A stretch of 64,000 nucleotides of DNA, taken from Octopus vulgaris. Lineage: Eukaryota. The notes under the pieces are model-generated. The model saw only the letters and a list, made by a program, of their open reading frames with translations. It was not told the origin of the DNA and made no database searches. Each line of letters starts with the position of its first letter. The first letter of the stretch is position 1. The stretch is from assembly GCA_951406725.2 (NCBI GenBank), contig OX597815.1, forward strand, positions 42,532,001 to 42,596,000, read 5' to 3'. The translations under genes and the position numbers were made by a program. Shown here piece by piece: positions 62,303 to 64,000 of this stretch.

Positions 62303-64000
62303 TTATCTATAAGTATAAAAACAGCCTGTTTATGACAGTATTGTATTAAAGCACCATTTATGTTAACCATGTTCATTATAGTACTTTTTTTAGTGCTTGT
62401 GAAATAGTTTCTTTATTGAACTAACGTGAGGGCAAAACTGGTGTAGAGAAAGGTTCACACTTGATATTACATCCTGATTGGAGGTAAAAAATATAAATGA
62501 TAAAAATCGTCTTGACGCGGGCAAATAGATTTCAGCCAACCTTTTTCCCTTTTCTGGCAATATCGAACATGTCTAACCCTATCATTTCATTTATTACTTA
62601 ACTATGATAATTGAACGTTTCTCGGCGCAGTAGTTCCGTACAAGTTAAGGAAAACTATGTAAAAGACAATAATAGTATGAGGATTTAGTATGCCTTTGAG
62701 TGAAATTCAAATTTAAAATTTTAAATCGCTTCCAGTCTTCATACAATGCTGTCACTAGTAACTATTAGATTTATTGAAATGCGCTGATATTGTTAAGACC
62801 AAAACAAAAAAAAAAAAATGGTAAAAAAATCCTTCGGCTAATGTTTCAATATTCAGCATTAAACTGGTTAGAAAAAGAAAATCTTTAATAAATTTGGTTC
62901 GCAATTTGTTGTCAAAGAATTCTGTCATGTGTCAAATAATCCTGCAATAATAGACTTTGCTGGATTTTAGTTGATATAATTATTTTCATTATGTCGCTAC
63001 AGCGTTGTTAAGTACTATTACACAGTGTGTGCAAAATTATTACGATATTTGTTTCATCATTCTACCGAATTGACTTGATGACATCCAGGTCTGGAGTCAA
63101 TCTCATAATAAACACTCTACGTTGTTATAGACGCTTCGTAACGGTACTCTTTTAGATAGACTGCGAAACAAACCCATCAAGTCTCACGCTCCAATTTAAT
63201 ATGTTCTAACGTTTCAACATAATGTTATGCTGGTCCTGCTAGACTGCCAAGTAAGCAAAGCAAGTGTGTTCTGTCTGATTTGTTCTTGTCAATGGATAAG
63301 CTGAAAGATTGACAACTCACTGGACATTGTGATCCATACGTGCGAATTGAATTGTACAACCAAGTTTAACAGTGCAATAAGTGTTAGTGAAGACGATTTT
63401 TTTTAAAATAAAAAATATTACTCTAGTTTATTACTTTTTGTGGTGGTGGCGGATAACATCCAGTCAGATATGATCACCATAGGGTCAATAATGTATTATC
63501 TGTCTATAGGTACTCATGATTGCATCAGAATTAAAAAATAAATGGCCATGACAGGATTTAAACTCAAACTTTTGAAGTTAAATAAACGAAAATCCTCCTA
63601 CACACTTAGTTGAGCCCCATAGTTGAGTGTTAAGCTGGATTTTTTAACCACGTCACTCGAACCTTGTTAGTCAGTATCCGAGCGATGACTACACACTTTA
63701 TGTTTAATTTCACCAATAGTGTCTCATAAATGCTGTTTCACTGAATAATGAAACTTGTAAATTGAAATAAGTAATATTTGAATAGAATATGTATTATTTC
63801 ATTAATATCAAATCACAAATGGTAACAAGCAGCATAGAGTTGACAAAAGTTCCTGCAAGTCGAACCTGCGGGTTTGCGTTGAAGGATTTCGCTTCAGTAC
63901 CGATATCTATGAAAGGCATGAATCAGCAATGCAACTTCATTTATTTCTCCCCAAAATCTCAAAACTTATATCCTATACAGAAAATTTGAGATCAGATTTT

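Overview
This is AT-rich, repeat-saturated animal DNA, not prokaryotic. The SINE families and microsatellite load point to an octopus or other coleoid cephalopod (inference from recalled repeat motifs). I could not identify any intact host protein-coding gene; almost all ORFs in the track are microsatellite or SINE read-throughs. The window holds dozens of copies of about four tRNA-derived SINE families, a 5'-truncated CR1-type LINE with a 7-bp TSD, and decayed R4/Dong-like, L1/Tx1-like and RTE LINEs. It also holds two Penelope-like (GIY-YIG) remnants, two mariner elements, several MITEs and several tandem repeats. The strongest signal that standard annotation would miss is a set of minimal type-I hammerhead ribozyme motifs from at least four unrelated small-element families (9483, 14757, 18934/19371, 28035, 28696). 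One of these is a ~550-bp fold-back element in which two divergent tRNA-like Pol III heads each read into a hammerhead, a candidate Penelope-mobilised SINE or retrozyme. Ribozyme folds were assigned by eye, and their activity and novelty are untested. Repeat boundaries are approximate.
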